Position numbers and translations under genes: made by a program. Below, in pieces: positions 1 to 14,894 of a stretch of DNA of 64,000 nucleotides. The notes beneath the pieces are model-generated. The model was given only the letters and a program-made list of their open reading frames with translations. It was not told the origin of the DNA and ran no database searches. The stretch is from assembly GCF_041956535.1 (NCBI RefSeq), contig NW_027192191.1, forward strand, positions 738,152-802,151. Reading direction: 5' to 3'. This DNA comes from Calcarisporiella thermophila CBS 279.70 (lineage: Eukaryota > Fungi > Calcarisporiellomycota). Within the stretch, counting starts at the first letter, position 1; every line of letters begins with the position of its first letter.

Positions 1-1102
1 GTTGACTGGCAAAAAGCATTGGATTTAGTCCATCAAAGACGTATATTTTTAAAGCGTGGTAAAGCATACGTTCCTTCGAGTGATCTGATTGTGCTTGTAC
101 TTGGTGAATTCCGAAAGCATTTAACATGCGCCATGGAGGTAACTAGGTGATTCGATCTGTTTTTATTGTGTACCCTCCTTCAATATGGCCAATCCTTCAA
201 TAGGCAGCCTCAAAAGCATTACCACGACTTGACGAAGATGACCGATTGGTACCAGTGTTAAACAATATCAATACACAGAGTTCAGGAAAAGAGTTCACTG
301 CGTCAGTACCGATTGCGGGGAAAGTATCGGCAAATGATGTTCCTAACGTAAGTAACATCCTGTTCAATGGTATGTTATCTCATCTATTCCTAATTCTTAT
401 TTTATTCTTAAAGCTTGAACACCACTTTCCTTTGTGCATGCGCCATCTTTACTCTCAACTTACTAAAGATAAACATATGAAACACGGGGGTCGCATGCAG
501 TTTGGATTATTCTTGAAGGTGAGATGAGCTGCTTTCCGCCTGTTTCGAATTTCATTAACACTTCTTCTTATCTCAGGGTGTTGGTCTCTCACTTGAGGAA
601 TCTATGATTTTCTGGCAAAAGGCGTTTACAAAAATTTCCAGCGATGACTTCCATAAGAAAGGTTATGCATACAACATTCGGCATAACTATGGTATGGAGG
701 GAAAGCGGACCAACTATACTCCATACAGGTAAGAAAAATATAAATCGAATGATTGCAATTGCATAGTCGAATTCATTCCTTGTATAATTCAGCTGCACTA
801 AAATAATCATGGGCGACCAACCACATGCTGGTGAGCATCACGGCTGCCCATTTCGCCATTTCTCACCTGAGAATCTCACGGCTACTCTCCGGGGCTACAA
901 AGTACCTGAATCTGGAATACGCGAGATATTGGAGCTTGTACAGGGAAGACATTATCAGGTGGCATGCACAAGATACTATGAGCTGACGCGACGGCCGAAA
1001 GAGGAAGGTGCATCAACAAAGCTATTAGAGCCTGTAGAACATCCGAACATATTCTTCAACAAAAGCTATGAGTTGGAAACAGGGTTAGAAGCTAATAAAT
1101 GA
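1..1102 (+). CDS. PRI2: DNA primase large subunit, 3' part (spliced; 5' end outside window)
   Basis: Spliced exons give [59 protein letters not shown] and HGCPFRHF...[11 protein letters not shown]...HPN, the Fe-S C-terminal domain of PriL. Stop TGA at 1100-1102. Confidence 0.95.
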
Positions 1103-2109
1103 ACAGATATTCTTGGCTTCATTTGTATGAGTTTTATGTTTAATTTTCAAATAAAATAGATAATCGGCTATAGTAACATAACCATTGTTTCACTCCTCCC
1201 CCTCTTGATCCATAGAAATGGACCCATATAAGAAGGCAAATCAACGGATACCAAGATTAATTTTCAACTACGACTTAGATTATCAACCATTCTACTTCAA
1301 TCCTTACATCTCACACTTCTCGACATATCATCTTGAAGGACGTGTCGCAGTTTTTATTTGACGCTTAACCAAAAATGCACGAGGTCGGCTCTGCTTTCAC
1401 GTTTTAATATCCTGCTTCAGAGTAGAGTTGCAAAGCACTCCGACAAAATAATTAAATAATATGCTGTCAAAAAAAAAAGAGCTTAAAAGCGTGCGCTAAT
1501 CAGAGTTAATAAACTAACATACTCCTGACCTTAACGGAAATATTTTCAGCAAACCCCAGGTATCCTAACATAAAGAAAACGGTAAATATTCAGGTGACTC
1601 CTATTACAAAAGAGAGTTAAATAAAAAAAAAATTCGAAAATCCAAAACCTGGAAAATTCAAATCAAGAAAGCATTAATTCATTACGAACTGAAAAGGCTC
1701 GTCAAAAGGTATCTTTCGGAGACCCAGCGGTACAGCATGAGTAGAGGGTGGTATAGTTTCTTGTGAGGGGACTACACCTTATGCTGAAAAAGGTGAGATC
1801 TGTAGATCACAGTTTTTTCGATCACATTAAGATCGACAAATGCCGTGTACACGAAAATGGAAAGCAATCAATGGATGTATAGATTTTCAAAAAGAAGACG
1901 CACTAAGGCTGCGGGAAATCGAGGTCACTTATTCACCATATGACCAGAATAATATACCGACTGAGGAATCGACAGCAACAACATCCATATAGTTCAAAAG
2001 AGTAATTAATGATACAAATTATATACCATAAAATATATACAGTCCATTGCAAATATAAGAATATAAGGAAAAGAGCACGAGACCAACTAGCCGAGGTGCT
2101 TGCTGGATA

Positions 2110-2845
2110 CTATGCGCTGCTGCTAGTAGGCAAGCTAGACCCCTTGATGATCGTATTATAATCAGGAGGAGGTGAGAGTGGCTGCAAAGAATCGGAGGAA
2201 GAGGGGTTGAAGGTGGGAGGAGGCGGCGGAATAAGAGTGGTGGCTTCGTATTCTGGGACAGGAGGGATCTCGGAGAACTTTATGATAATAAACTGGATGG
2301 TAGAGGTGTCAGTGTCAGGGGGTTAGACCTCAGAGAAAAACGTTTTAAGGCCTACATAATCGAAGGTTCCTTCGAGCGTCTTCGACCCGTCGGGATTGAT
2401 TCTTGTTGAACCCAACAGCTGTCTTCTCATTGAATACGCAATGTCCGGGTGGTCTAGCTCGCTCAACTCGGAGCAGATTGCTTTCACAACTCTTTCAAAC
2501 TATATAAACGCGTTTCTCCATCCAGTCTATAATTGAATGGGGCAACCATTGGTAACCTACCTTGCTCAACCGTTTTAGGACAAAAATTTCACACGCCAAC
2601 GCAATGCAAACAAGAAAAACAATGGCTATTGCAGTAATTCCCCAGTGGAATCCTGAAGGAAGAAAAGGTTTCTCTTGAAGCAGAGGGGTAATTCCCAGTG
2701 CAACTACCGTCAAGACTACGACACTCACGAACACCAGCCAGAAAATAATGCGCGTCAAGCGCGATTCCGAGTGGGGCTTCACATTTTGCTCTCTTATTCG
2801 CTGATTGATAGCCATTATACGAAGAGAAAAGGTTTGGGGTGACAT
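2110..2845 (-). CDS. Small two-TM membrane protein with C-terminal Pro-rich/PPxY tail (3 exons)
   Basis: ORF 2495-2845 has two hydrophobic helices. GT-AG introns at about 2560-2501 and 2355-2279 join it in frame to FERVVKAICSEL...EGTFDY and FSEIPPVPEYEAT...LSPPPDYNT...SSSA*. Confidence 0.65.
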
Positions 2846-4560
2846 CTAGATCATAGAAAGGTGGGTTAAGCTCACATGAGAATCAGCGCGAGAACAATGA
2901 CTCTTCCATACATAACCATCAAGACTGGCGGGGAACTTGTCGCAAAATTTCTCGCGAGAATACACTAGTGGAATTTCGACTTTTCTCGAAGTTGGTTCCT
3001 CCATCTCCCATTGTTTAATTAAAAAAGACGCGGCATAAAGAAAGGGCGGCAGAGAGAGATTGGATTAACAAAAACAAAAAGCCCTTATAGCTAGAGTGTA
3101 TTTTTTTTAGAAAAAAAAGTGTTTGTGAAAGGCTGTGGGGAAAAAGAAAAGGCAGGCGCGCGTGATACAGCATATAGCATTCAGCTCCTTCAAACTCTCA
3201 CTTTTGAAGTATCAGCATGAGATTGCATTGCATTGATTTTGGAGTCTAGTGGTGGCAAAAGGGGCAGCGATGAGAAATCTTAAATTCGTCTATAGTAATC
3301 CAGAGCCGTAACCCTATGCTGCTCCAGGAGACCCGCCCGCTGCACAGAGAGCCCACGAAGCTCGGCCAATAATCCTTGGAGATCTCTAGTATGCCTCGGA
3401 TAAATAAGCTTGCCTTCCAGGAGACTTCAATAACCGCTGCGGTATTCTTGGCTATATTAAAGTGAAGTGTGCAAGACTCTAATTGAATCGCATGTGCATT
3501 GAATGCAAAAATCGCTGGCTAGCTCCGGCTACAACCTAGAAGATATCTGGCTGCTAACCCTTGGACATAGCCAGCGTCTCCCGACTGTTTGACACAATAA
3601 GCTGGCTCTTCTATTCGGGTGAATATTATGCAACATAGACTTTTTTAATTTACCGCCGATTTCATGCGTGTTTGCGTCATACCACCTTCCCCTCGCATTC
3701 CCTCCTCCTCCCCGTCAACACAGATTAGGTTCCAATATACGTCTTGAATGGCCCATGCTTACCTCACTTTGTCCGCGCGTAGTGGCTGCTTCTGAAAGCT
3801 GTACAAAAAGATGGGAATTATTTTTGTTCTCTGAAGTGTCAGAAAGGGATGAATGATAGAATTTAAGATCTCACGAGATATCCCGTGTCGACTAAAGCAG
3901 CTGATGCATCAAGCGGTCAAGGAAGCTCAATGATCTCTAGTAAGAGCCGTGGAAAAGGCAAGAGTAACGAGGGCCGTAGCCAGGAAGCACCGACCGCTGT
4001 CGAGATGAATTTTTTTTTTTTTGGGTATTCATCTCTAAGAGAGCATAAGATTTTCAGTTCTTTGTGAAGCAATGAACACCAATAATAAATTGTCTGAAAT
4101 CTGGTCTTAACCTTTCAAGCCAGCAATCTTGCATCTCTGCGAAAGCATAAATTCTTAGCTCTTCTACGTCTCTGTACCATTATTTCACCAGGAGTGAACC
4201 ATCTTTATTCAGGCAAAGTTAGCACAACAACAAGGTGAGTCTCGCCCCTTCCTCAATCTCCATTCTGTACGCGCATCAATATTTGCTATGCTTTGCTTTG
4301 CCCACATGTGGAGTAAACATGGGAAATCTCTGGATTAAGTGGGATTATTAACAACGTATTAATCTTAGTGCTTGGTGCTGCTTCACGGGAAACTAAAAGG
4401 ATCTAGCGTGCGCATGGAGATCCTCATCCAGTTTCTTATGGTAAATATATTCGACATAGATTACTTCATGATCTGTGGTATTAGATCCCTGGGTCCAATA
4501 GTGTTCACTAATGTCCATTCGATTTTTTTTTTTTCTATTTAAGCTCCTTTCCCCATAATC

Positions 4561-7500
4561 ATGTCTTCAGAATGCAATTCTTCAACCAGCAATGAACAAT
4601 ATATAACCACTTGGACGTCAACAACGCCTCTATTTGAGCTACCTGGAATTCAGAATCGTGTTACCATCGAAAAAGTTTATTTAAATGGATTGCATGCACT
4701 AAAGCGCTTTGAGATCAAGAACACATCACCTTTTCGCATACTCGTGCGCCTGCGTTCCAACCTGGGAACGCAGGTTGCATTTCAGCCTAATAACGAAAAC
4801 CTCCCCGATCCTGATGCATTTTTTCAAAACACTTCATCCGCAGGGGCTGGGCTTGTGTCATTTCCTCAGACTCCCAGTGACGAAGCGTCTGAGCCCCTAG
4901 CCACATTTCCCTCTACTCCTCCCTCTCCTACTCTCTCCACGAGTATGGACGATGTACCCAATACTTTGCCTGAACACTTCTTCAGTATTGCTACCAACAC
5001 GGTAGCAGCCATGGCCGCGGGAATAAGTGACCGGTTTGGCCACCAGGGCTATCAGTTCAACCAGCTGTTTAACTATGTTAATTATGTGGACGAAATTGAT
5101 ATACCCCCTTTTCAATCGAAGAAAGTTATTCTTGCTTTCCTCCCGGACTCTTCACGCGAACGAAGCAGTCGTCGTACAGCAAATCGAGTAGATAGGTCAG
5201 AAGAATCAAGTGATAGGTCAAGTTTGTTTTCATCGGCCGCCCCTGCCGACTCGGAGGAGACGCATGATATATTTGAAGTCAACGGGTTGCTTCTGTTTTA
5301 CGGGTATATCATGGACGCGACCCAACGTTTTCAGTACAATCATTCTTCAGCAACCTCAGGTCAGCGCACGGGATCAACTTCTGTCGACCCATCTCCCCCT
5401 ACCTCCAACTCACTCTCACGGCGTAACTCCATATCCCAGGAGCGACCACCTCGCTTACAGTTTTCTGAGTCGGAGGAAGGTTCTGCGACATCTGAGCCTC
5501 GGAGGGAGGATGAGCCCGGCTATGGAGCACGCTCTGACTACCAACTGACGGTAAAATTCCGGTCCTCTGTATGCCGTAGCGTCCTCTGGACCGATGTCGG
5601 TGAAACAGGCATCAATTTCGATGACTGTGTCGTGGGAGGTATCTACTTCAAAGATTTTACGGTGTGGAATCGCTCCGAAATTGAGCTTTACTGGCTGCTA
5701 AACACGGTGGACCTCACTAACACTCGGCATGATGACTGGCTACAATTCATCGACTACGATACTGGTGAACCGTTGGACGCAAAGCCCATTCCAAGTTATT
5801 CACATCGTCGAATCCGCATTACCTTCCGACCAAAAGAAACCGGCGAGTTCAATTACGATCTTCAGGTGGAAAATGCCAATGATGCGAGCAATATTGAGCT
5901 GGTGCGGATCAACGCGTCGGTGCGCACTGTCCTCCGCGAAGAATCACTAGTGGTGAGTAGTGGAAACGTGCTGGATTTTGGCGATTGCTGTGCAGGTGTG
6001 GTGGCAAAACAGCAGATAGTGCTCAAGAATGTAAGCGACATGCCATTGGAAATCCGATTCTCGGCCGAAAATGCAGAGGTTGCGTTCGACCTTGGTTCAG
6101 CTCCCGAATTACCCTCTGATCTCTCCTCTTCCCACCAAGATACCGTAAGCTCAGGATTGCACACGCCCACTCTATCTCTAAGTACCATGCTAAGCACAAC
6201 TGACCGGTCTACCCCTGGAAGCGGTGCAAGTTCCCCACGCCCCTCCTCTCCAATATCTTCTTTGAATACACCCCATTCGCTGGGACTCGAGATGGTGAGC
6301 GGGCGATCGGCGAGCAGCTCGGTGGCCGAAAATGGGGAAGGAGAGGCGGACGGCGAATCCATTCCTGAAAGTTTAAAACTCAATCCGAATGCCTCCCCGT
6401 CTTTGGCGAGCAATAGACCATGGGGTAGTTCAGTTGAAGCCGGCACCAGTCGCTCAGCGTCCCGGGCTGAAGGATTACAGATCGATGAACTCTTAATAAA
6501 ACCCGGTTCGGAGCGAACTGTAATCGTGTCCTATCGGCCTGAAAAGGATGCGTCCGCAACCGACTTCCGTGCAGGTCAGCTGGTGCGGCGAAACTTCCGC
6601 ATTATTCTGGACTACGCCACTTATTCTGGCTCATCGGCACCTAGCTATCAGCGAGAAAAGAAGATAATCAAATGTAAGGCAAGAAGTTGCACCTCATTTG
6701 TTGAAGTTGTACCAAAAGAAGTCAACTTCGGCGATACGGACGTTGGCACACTTAAATCGCTCCCGATTGACATTGTGAACCGTTCCGAGCTAACGGCCCG
6801 TGTTGAAATTCGTTTCACCTCAAAAGTGCTCAATTGTTATCAAGGAGAACTGGTTATACCACCTTTACAGTCGATTGAAGTGAAACTGGACCTGTACCCG
6901 CGTAAGGTCAACCCTGATTACCGCAAGGAGCTTACCCTCGTTAACTTGCAAAACCGAGATAACGACCAGATCATCGAAGTACGCAGCAACAATATTGATA
7001 AGAAACGCGTTACATTTCACTCGCTCTTCTACCGCATTCTCACACCGACGGGATCGAATTATATTGATTTCGGATCGATTATTCTTAATTCACCTGCAGT
7101 GCGCACTTTTGTCATTGACAACATTAGCCAGGCGCCGTTAAAGCTAGAGCTCTCATCTTCGCTTCCCGAGGAGGTTGTAGTATATCGGAAGCGAAAACTT
7201 GCTGACGCTGCAGGTCAATTAGAAATCGACCAGGGCAACCTACTCTTTCGTCAGCGGTTGCTAGACTCCATCAGCGAGAAACGGGTGAGCGCTTCAAATT
7301 TTGTTGATAAAGAATCTATCGCTAGTGCATCCAATGGCTCTCCACTGGCTTCAACAAGTCTGAAGAATGGTCCAAGCAGCTCCCCGAGAAAACTAAGCTC
7401 TCCACGCCACACTATTGGCACCAATGCAGATAAGGGCATCGTTTCTCGGACAGAATATCTTGATTTGGCGACATCCGCTCATACCTCTGGCCCGAATGGC

Positions 7501-10500
7501 TCGGCTCGTAACAAGTCGCGTCCTCCCTCGCGTGTCCCTGGTATATCGAAACCATCGCGGCCCGAGTACTTCCTCAAGAAGCTTGTGCAGAATAAACTTG
7601 CCCTTCAAGCAAAAACTGAAATGAACCGAGATGGAGAAGCGGTCCAGGAGCTCTCACCTGATCCTAGGGGACTATCAATGAAGACTCCACTTGCATCCTC
7701 AGCGTCCACTAGAAGCCCTGCCTCGACATCGACAAAATTACGTCCCACTAATAGATTTGCAAGGGCAGGAAGTATATCTGCTGCCAATCCGAAATCATTC
7801 TCTAGATTGAATTTTAACGACTGGGTCCACAACGCCGACATTGCCACCGATGCTCTGATCGATGCACTGGAAGCCAATTGCATCACCTCTCCGCCCCTTT
7901 TCGCAAACTCGTCAGCCGAAGAGAAATATGTGCAGTACCAAGTCGCCTTAAGGCAGGCATTGAACAAAGCGTACGAAAATGGGATTCTTGTCCCTAGCAC
8001 AGAGGTGGTGATACCGCCTCTTTCGCAAGAGGAAATCATTCTCATCTATACTGCCTCCGGCCAGGACAAGGCACACGTACAAGGCATTCCAAAAAGGCAG
8101 AACGCAAGGATATTTCTTCGGCTTGTTAGTTTCGACCGGAATGTCGAGCATGAAGGGCAATTCGACTCTTTGTTACAGACAGACATTACTCAAATCCCAG
8201 TGCGAGAGTTGATGCTCCGGTCCTCACTGTGTCGTTCTATCATGGATATCGGGCAAAAGAACATCAATTTCGGTGTGCTCGACAAGGGCGAGAAACGTAC
8301 CAAAACCATTGTTATTCAGAATCGTAGTGAGGTGCCACTTCTCTACGCTATTCGTAAATCAGGTTCAATTGCATCGGGCGGTATATCCATTGGGTCGGGT
8401 GCATATGGTGTAGTACGAGGGTACGGTAAGAAGGAGGTCGAGTTCTCCTTCAGGCCAAGTCTTGCCGGTCCTGTGCACGAGCGTCTTGTTATTGAGAATA
8501 TTTACGATCGGGAGACTAGCCAGATAGTTTCGGTCAAATCCCAGGTCCGAAAACAATGCCACTTTTTCATCAAGTCACTTGAGCTCGATTTTGGTCCGTG
8601 TGCCGTTGAACAACCGTCCCGCCGCAATCAGCAACTTGTCATCACCAACACGGACCGCCAGGCACGGACTATTGTGGTGCGTGTTGATCCGGAGGAGTTG
8701 AAGTTTGAACGGTGCTTCGGAGAATTGGATTTCACCTTAATGGAGTCACAAGAGTCGCATATAGAGCTAAGCAAAGAGGCAGAAGAGGAGATAGAGAGCA
8801 TCGAGCAGAAACTGAAAATTGCTAAGCGCAAAGGCCGCGAGGACAAAGTGAAGAAGCTGCTGAAAAAACTAGAGAAACTAAAGCGAGGTGTATCCGCAGA
8901 AGAAGAGGCCGAAGATCCAAATGCCCCAATCGCTAGCGAGTCCTCGAATGACACCCATGCAATGACGGGGAATACTGTGGGGTCCACCTCTGCTGAGACA
9001 AGAAAGGGCCAGTCTCCTGAGCTTCCTCCTGAGTCACCGGCTCACCCAGATCCATCGATGACGCCCGCGCAGCCCCCCGCATCCGCCGCAGCATCTTACA
9101 AAATCAGAAAGACGCCCAACGAGCTCACATTTGTCTTAGAGCCACGCGCCACTCGCACCGTTACAATCTGTTTCCGCTCTCGGCTTCGCCTTGATAATAT
9201 CAATGACAACTCCCCCACTTTGCGTGAGATAATCAAGGGCCGGATTTTTGTTCATGAGCATAAGAATACGGATGCAATTAAGAAGGTGGTTTTCCAGGCG
9301 ATCGTTTGCTATGACCATGAGACCTATAAAAAGGCCCTTGTTGAGGCCATGGGCCCAGCAGGCTATGACTCCTTACCCCAATTGGATGTCGCAACCGATT
9401 CATCAAAGCTCCGCCCTGATTCATCAATGAACAAAGTAGAGGAATCACAAGAGCAAATCAGGACCGAGACTGTTGCCGTCTTGCCTCCAGACCTTGATGT
9501 TGGAAGGTTGGGAGCCGAACAAAAGGGAAACTATTATCTTCGGCTGTGCAATCAAACAGATGACAAACTCGACTTCGAGATCATACCCTCTTCATCCGAA
9601 TTTTTCCTCTTTAGCTCTCTTGTTGGTTCCCTTGCTCCCCGCGAGGTGCGTCGACTCGATTTCAGCGTTTTATGCTCCGAAATTGGGCGACACACGCAGC
9701 ACCTGCTCATACGGGATCTAACCCATGGCACTTCTAATGCGACCTTCCGTTTTCACTGCTTGATCCATCGCGTGCAATATTTGAACTTCCCTTCGCTCAA
9801 TACAAATGGAGAGCTGGACCTTGGCCTTTGTTATGTAGATCCCGGGCGCAAATACTCTCAGGTAACCCCGTTACTTGTGGAAAATGTATCAGACGAGGAT
9901 ATCTATATCACCTGTCAGAGCAATCTGTCGCAGCAGGTGTGTATCTTTCTGGATGAAACTGGTAAACGGGGGCAAGTGGTGGATACTTTGCTCAAACGTA
10001 AAAGTGTAATGACTGTGTGGGTTGCATTACGTCCGAATTTGCTGGGAGCATATCTCACAGGAACGTCCACAAGCTCCTCCAATTCGACCTCTACTTCTTC
10101 AGGGCTGGCTGCATCCACTCCAACCTTTAACGACAAAGGTGCATCATCGAGCAGCGAGTGTCGCAAACTGGTCGGCGGAATCAAGTTCTCGGTGTCCGTG
10201 GCAGAATCCAGTCTGAAAGCAGCCGATCAACTCCCCTCCTCTTCTATTGGCGAGGAAGAGCACGTCCTCATGACCACACATACAGTTAAATTTACCTCAC
10301 TAATAGGTCAATCTGTCATGTCCGTTTCGACGACAATGATTGATTTGGGAGTGGTATCACGGCTCGGACAAACAGTATACAACGTGTTCACAGTATATAA
10401 CATGTCTTCGCGATTACCCCTTGAGTATGATGTGGAATGCCCAAGTGGAGCCATCTTAGTGGATCGAAAGGATGGAGTCTTGCGTGGACGAGATGTTGGG

Positions 10501-13500
10501 AAGGTGAGAGAGGATGGTAGCCGTCACTCTCCTCTATTCTCGCCACCCTCCGAAAGTGGTCCTGAAGGAGGTGGAGAGCTCGAAGATTTTGCGGAGGATG
10601 TCACCCAAAGCTCCGCATTAGTGAGCTTTCGCTTCAACTGCACACGCTGGGGCCTCTTCCAGGACAAAATTGTGGTTTCTAACCGCAACAACCGTGACCA
10701 GGAGTTTGAGATTGTGGTGATGTTAATGGCTGATCCGGGCATTTTAAATCACATACCCGATTCGATGCGATGGGATATCAGTGATCTTACCCTAACCAAA
10801 CCCACCAGCGGAGGTACCCCACTGCACGAGATTTGCACAACAAGGGACGAAGGACTGTGTCATTCTGGACGACGAAATCTTCCTGAATTGTGCTGGGATA
10901 ATATACCTCTTCACTTGGAAAAAGCTTCGGTATCCCCTCCCCAGTCAGGGCTGCGGGTGATTTTGGATGAAGCCGAAATCCCCTCTAATGGTACTCAGGT
11001 GGTGCTTGCTGGGTTTGGTGGGGAAATATCAACCATACCTGAGCAATGTATTGAACTCACCAATCTTAGCAAAGAATTGGCTCAGATCGTTCCCTATTGC
11101 AACGTGGACGTCGGTGTCTCTTGGGAAGAGGGGGCTCCAGTGGAAAATAATGTGATTGGTGACGATGAGAATCCCCTGACGTCCTTCGGATTCCGTCGGC
11201 TGGGTTCATCAATGGACCTGCTACCCAACCAAAAAGTTCATCTCCAAATTGGCTGTCCACTGCCACCCAACCTTACTAGTGCCAATATTGAGCAACTACA
11301 GAAAGGCGACAAAATATACTGGACTGGAATTCTCGCCCTCTATGACACCATTTCGCGAACGGCTATAAAAGTGTTTCGGCTCTCAGCCCTACTTGGACAA
11401 CCGCGAGCCGAACTTGTTAGCAAGAAAATCGAACTTGGCAAGGTTGGGCATTTCAATGGCTGGAGAAACGTAGACTTTTCATTCAATGTGCGCAATTTGT
11501 CTGCGCTGCCGTTCATTTATAACTTGAGGCTGCCGAGCGAAGTGATGGTTCGGAACTCGATTTTGGAGAGTTGGCACTCCGTTGCAAATCAGTGGATTAT
11601 TCCGCCATGGGAAGAACAGACAGTGTACGCTACCTTGCAGCCGCGCAAACTTTCTGATCCCACTCAGCCTGGAGAACGAACGCAAATACTGAGTGTGGTT
11701 AACGCCCGCGACCCATCTCAAGTGATGGACTTGAAAATTAGACTTCGGCTAACAGTGTTCGAACTAAGTTTCGCCAATCTTGAAGAGAATGGTGAGCTGC
11801 ACCTTCCCCCGCTACAACACCCGCTCCTAGCATCAGCCGTGCCTTGTGACGCCTGGTTTACGGTGATGAACACGACTGACGATGATGTTAGGTTTGATAT
11901 AGGGGCAGAGCTCAACCCAGAAGTGTCAGATTATATCAAGATGGAAGTCCTTTCCCGCTTTTCTAATACCCCACTGAAAGGTGGCGTCTCGCTCAGCCCC
12001 CATGGCAAAATCGAGGTGAGGCTTCGCGTCCACCCAAGGGAAGATTCACGCTTGCCGAAGAATGCGTTCCATCTCACTAACCCAGCGGGGATTTATTTTG
12101 GCAAGCTTCGTGTATCCACGCGACAATCACCCGCAGATAAACCGTTTTCAGAGCTCCCAGGAGATTCGGAGACACGACCTAGCGATATTGTTGATATTCC
12201 AATACGGGGAGTACTTATCGAAGGCCCTGTGTTTAGTATCTCGCGGGATCATATCGAATTCCGCAGTGCATGGCTTGGTCTATCTGACAGTGAACAGAGC
12301 GAAGGTGAGGACGAGGGAGGGAAGCATCCAACTAAGAGAAGTCCTCTCATGCCCTCGATGTTGGATCACAAGCAAATTGAAACGGTTGTCATTACGAACC
12401 ACAATCCCAAATTACCGCTTGAGTTTTCAGTGAGCCTGAACGGTCCGATGGAGACCCCCCTCGATGAGTTAATCGATATCTCTCCCCTCTCGGAGGAAGG
12501 TCGTGGTTTCGTGGAGCCGGGTGGAAAGCTAACACTCTCTGTGCAATTTCTCGACCCCCAGATTGTCATTTCAGACAGCATTAAAGTGTGCATCCAGGAT
12601 ATCAATTCCCTCTCTGGACTCAAGCAAGTGTTAACTGTCAACGTCAGCGCCCGCAAGACGACTAACAAGCGCATCGATTATGGGCTGGATGGAGGAGATG
12701 GCACACAATCTGAGCATGCTAGGCGGAGGTTACACCACGAGGGTGTCAGTACCGCCATGTCTCCTCGCGTTGCCTACGAGTGTCCATGTATCACGCTACG
12801 TGGATGCAAGCGAATATCGGATGGAGGCTTTGGTGGACGATATGAGCTCGATCTTGGCCAGCAGGATTTGGGGGCAACTAATATTGTTAAGAAGTTGACG
12901 TTGGAAAACACTTCTAATGAACCTATCTCCTACCGCGTTAAGACTGTGAATGATGCGGATCGCTCATGGCTCAGCATCAGCCCTGCCGAGGGTACTCTGG
13001 ATCCTCCGAGTGAAGCCGCAGACTCCGAGAACGAGGTCGCATGCAACGATGGATACTCGTCGACTCAAACGATTACCATTAGCTTCTCTGCCGCAACACG
13101 AAACATTTACTCCACCTATTTGCTCATCGAGAGTGTGGATAATCCGGCTGACACTAAGACGGTGCGAGTGACCATGGAGGTGGTCGCGAGGCAAAATATT
13201 CGCCGAGGGATTGCATCGGGCGGATCGGCGGAGAGTAATAGAGTTTTCGATGTGTACGTGAATGGGGTTGACTCGGAGAAGACGTGCATCGAGATGCTGA
13301 GTCTATACTATGGTCACGAATATACCACTCGCAGCATGGTTATCCATAATTATGAACCCATGCCGATGGAGTTTGCCCTCAAGACGAACTTGTCTCATGA
13401 CGACCCTACGGAGATCCTGTTTTCCACCTCGCGCACCTCGGCCAAACTATTCAAGACCCTAACAGTCGATGGGTATTCAAGCGCGCGTGTCTACATTCGC

Positions 13501-14894
13501 TTCAGGCCGTTCCCCTCTGCCGATATTAGGGCAATGCTTGCCAATGGAGAAGCGCGTGATATCGACGCTGTGGAAGAGAAACGCCTTGAAATATATGTTA
13601 ATTGTCGGCTCGTAAAGGATTTTCAACAGATTGTATTCCTAAAAGCAGAGTGTCGAATGCCAGCAATGGAAGTGTATTGGCTCGAGACGGAGGCCTTTGT
13701 TGGTGTGTAATCTTTTTCGGAAGCATTTCTACACCAAACTTCAACCCACTAATATTTACATAACACTTTTCACCTAGGTACAATTTCAAGATTATTGACT
13801 ACTGACTCCGAGGAAAGTGACTGGGAGATCCAGTTTTCAGAAAAAGAGCGTCCGCTCATCGTCTGCAATCTCCTGGACATACCACTTGAATATGAGATCG
13901 TCAATGATACGAGGTATTTCTTAATGGAGCCAACCGATGCCGATAAGACGGTCGAGTCTTTTGGCCGTCGAGAAGTCAAAGTTTCTCCAAATATAAAAGC
14001 TCTATTGAAGAATGCGGATTCTCTATGGAGGGTGAGTTAAACACATGCTTTCATTCATTTAATTTTTATTTTGCTAATATAGCTTCGGTCGACTTTTATA
14101 ATACAGGAAAAATATATCCAAGAAAATGTGACCATCTATAATCGTAAACGACCCCTTGAAAACTATTGGCTACCGCTTCGTATCAGCTTCGGACAGACTT
14201 CCCATTTCCAGATGTCATCCGGCTATAAGAGCTCATACGCATTCAGTATGCTCGAGAATCATGTTGTGTACTTTTTGGGAGATTTCAACATGAATGCGAC
14301 CCTATTGCTGACCCAAGAAGACGAGGTACGATAACCCCCTGGACCGAATATATTCAACTATTTCCTGACATAACTATCCTTATTTTACGCTGTAGATGAC
14401 CCAAAAGAAAATTGCTGATTTGGAGTTTCAGTACCATTTCATCGTCGATCAATTGGTCTACTATGGAACCATTAAGACTGGCGAGAACTTTATCCAGCTG
14501 GCTTGCCTTCTCTTTGGGTATTTATTGCATTAAATCAATTTATATTTAGTCTTGATTCTCAACTGGCTATTTTATTATTTAGCTCGGCACTTGGACACGA
14601 CGTGTTCAAGGAATATGCCCCTTCCTATCTTAAAGCTACCGATACAGACCAGCGTATCTGGCCCCCTGTACTGGCTAAATGGGTATGTTGAACATTCCGG
14701 CACTCCTGCCCCCATGAAAAATACTAACCACAGTTTGGAATTCCTAGGTTTCGCTATTACATTATTTCATTAGCTTTTTCCCATACGAGAACCCAATTCT
14801 TCATACTCTGAAGCGATTGCATGCATCCTTGATTCTGGTTGATGGAGGTTCTGGGAGTGGAGGAAGTTCTCAGCGGAAGAAGCCTCAAGGGTGA
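4561..14894 (+). CDS. Giant (>3300 aa) protein with many ASH/PapD-like Ig-fold repeats
   Basis: First exon of about 9.1 kb (3049-aa ORF), then five short exons spliced in frame (starting about 13778, 14107, 14396, 14583 and 14749) to ...QRKKPQG* at 14892-14894. Recurrent [IL]DFGxx...[VI]xNxS motifs. Confidence 0.85.

Noticed and set aside
3262-3326. TAACCCTA (telomerase-template-like) next to a GGGGCAGCG/TGCTGCTCC stem
   Set aside because: An 8-mer is expected about twice by chance in 64 kb on two strands, and no pseudoknot or other telomerase RNA element could be identified.
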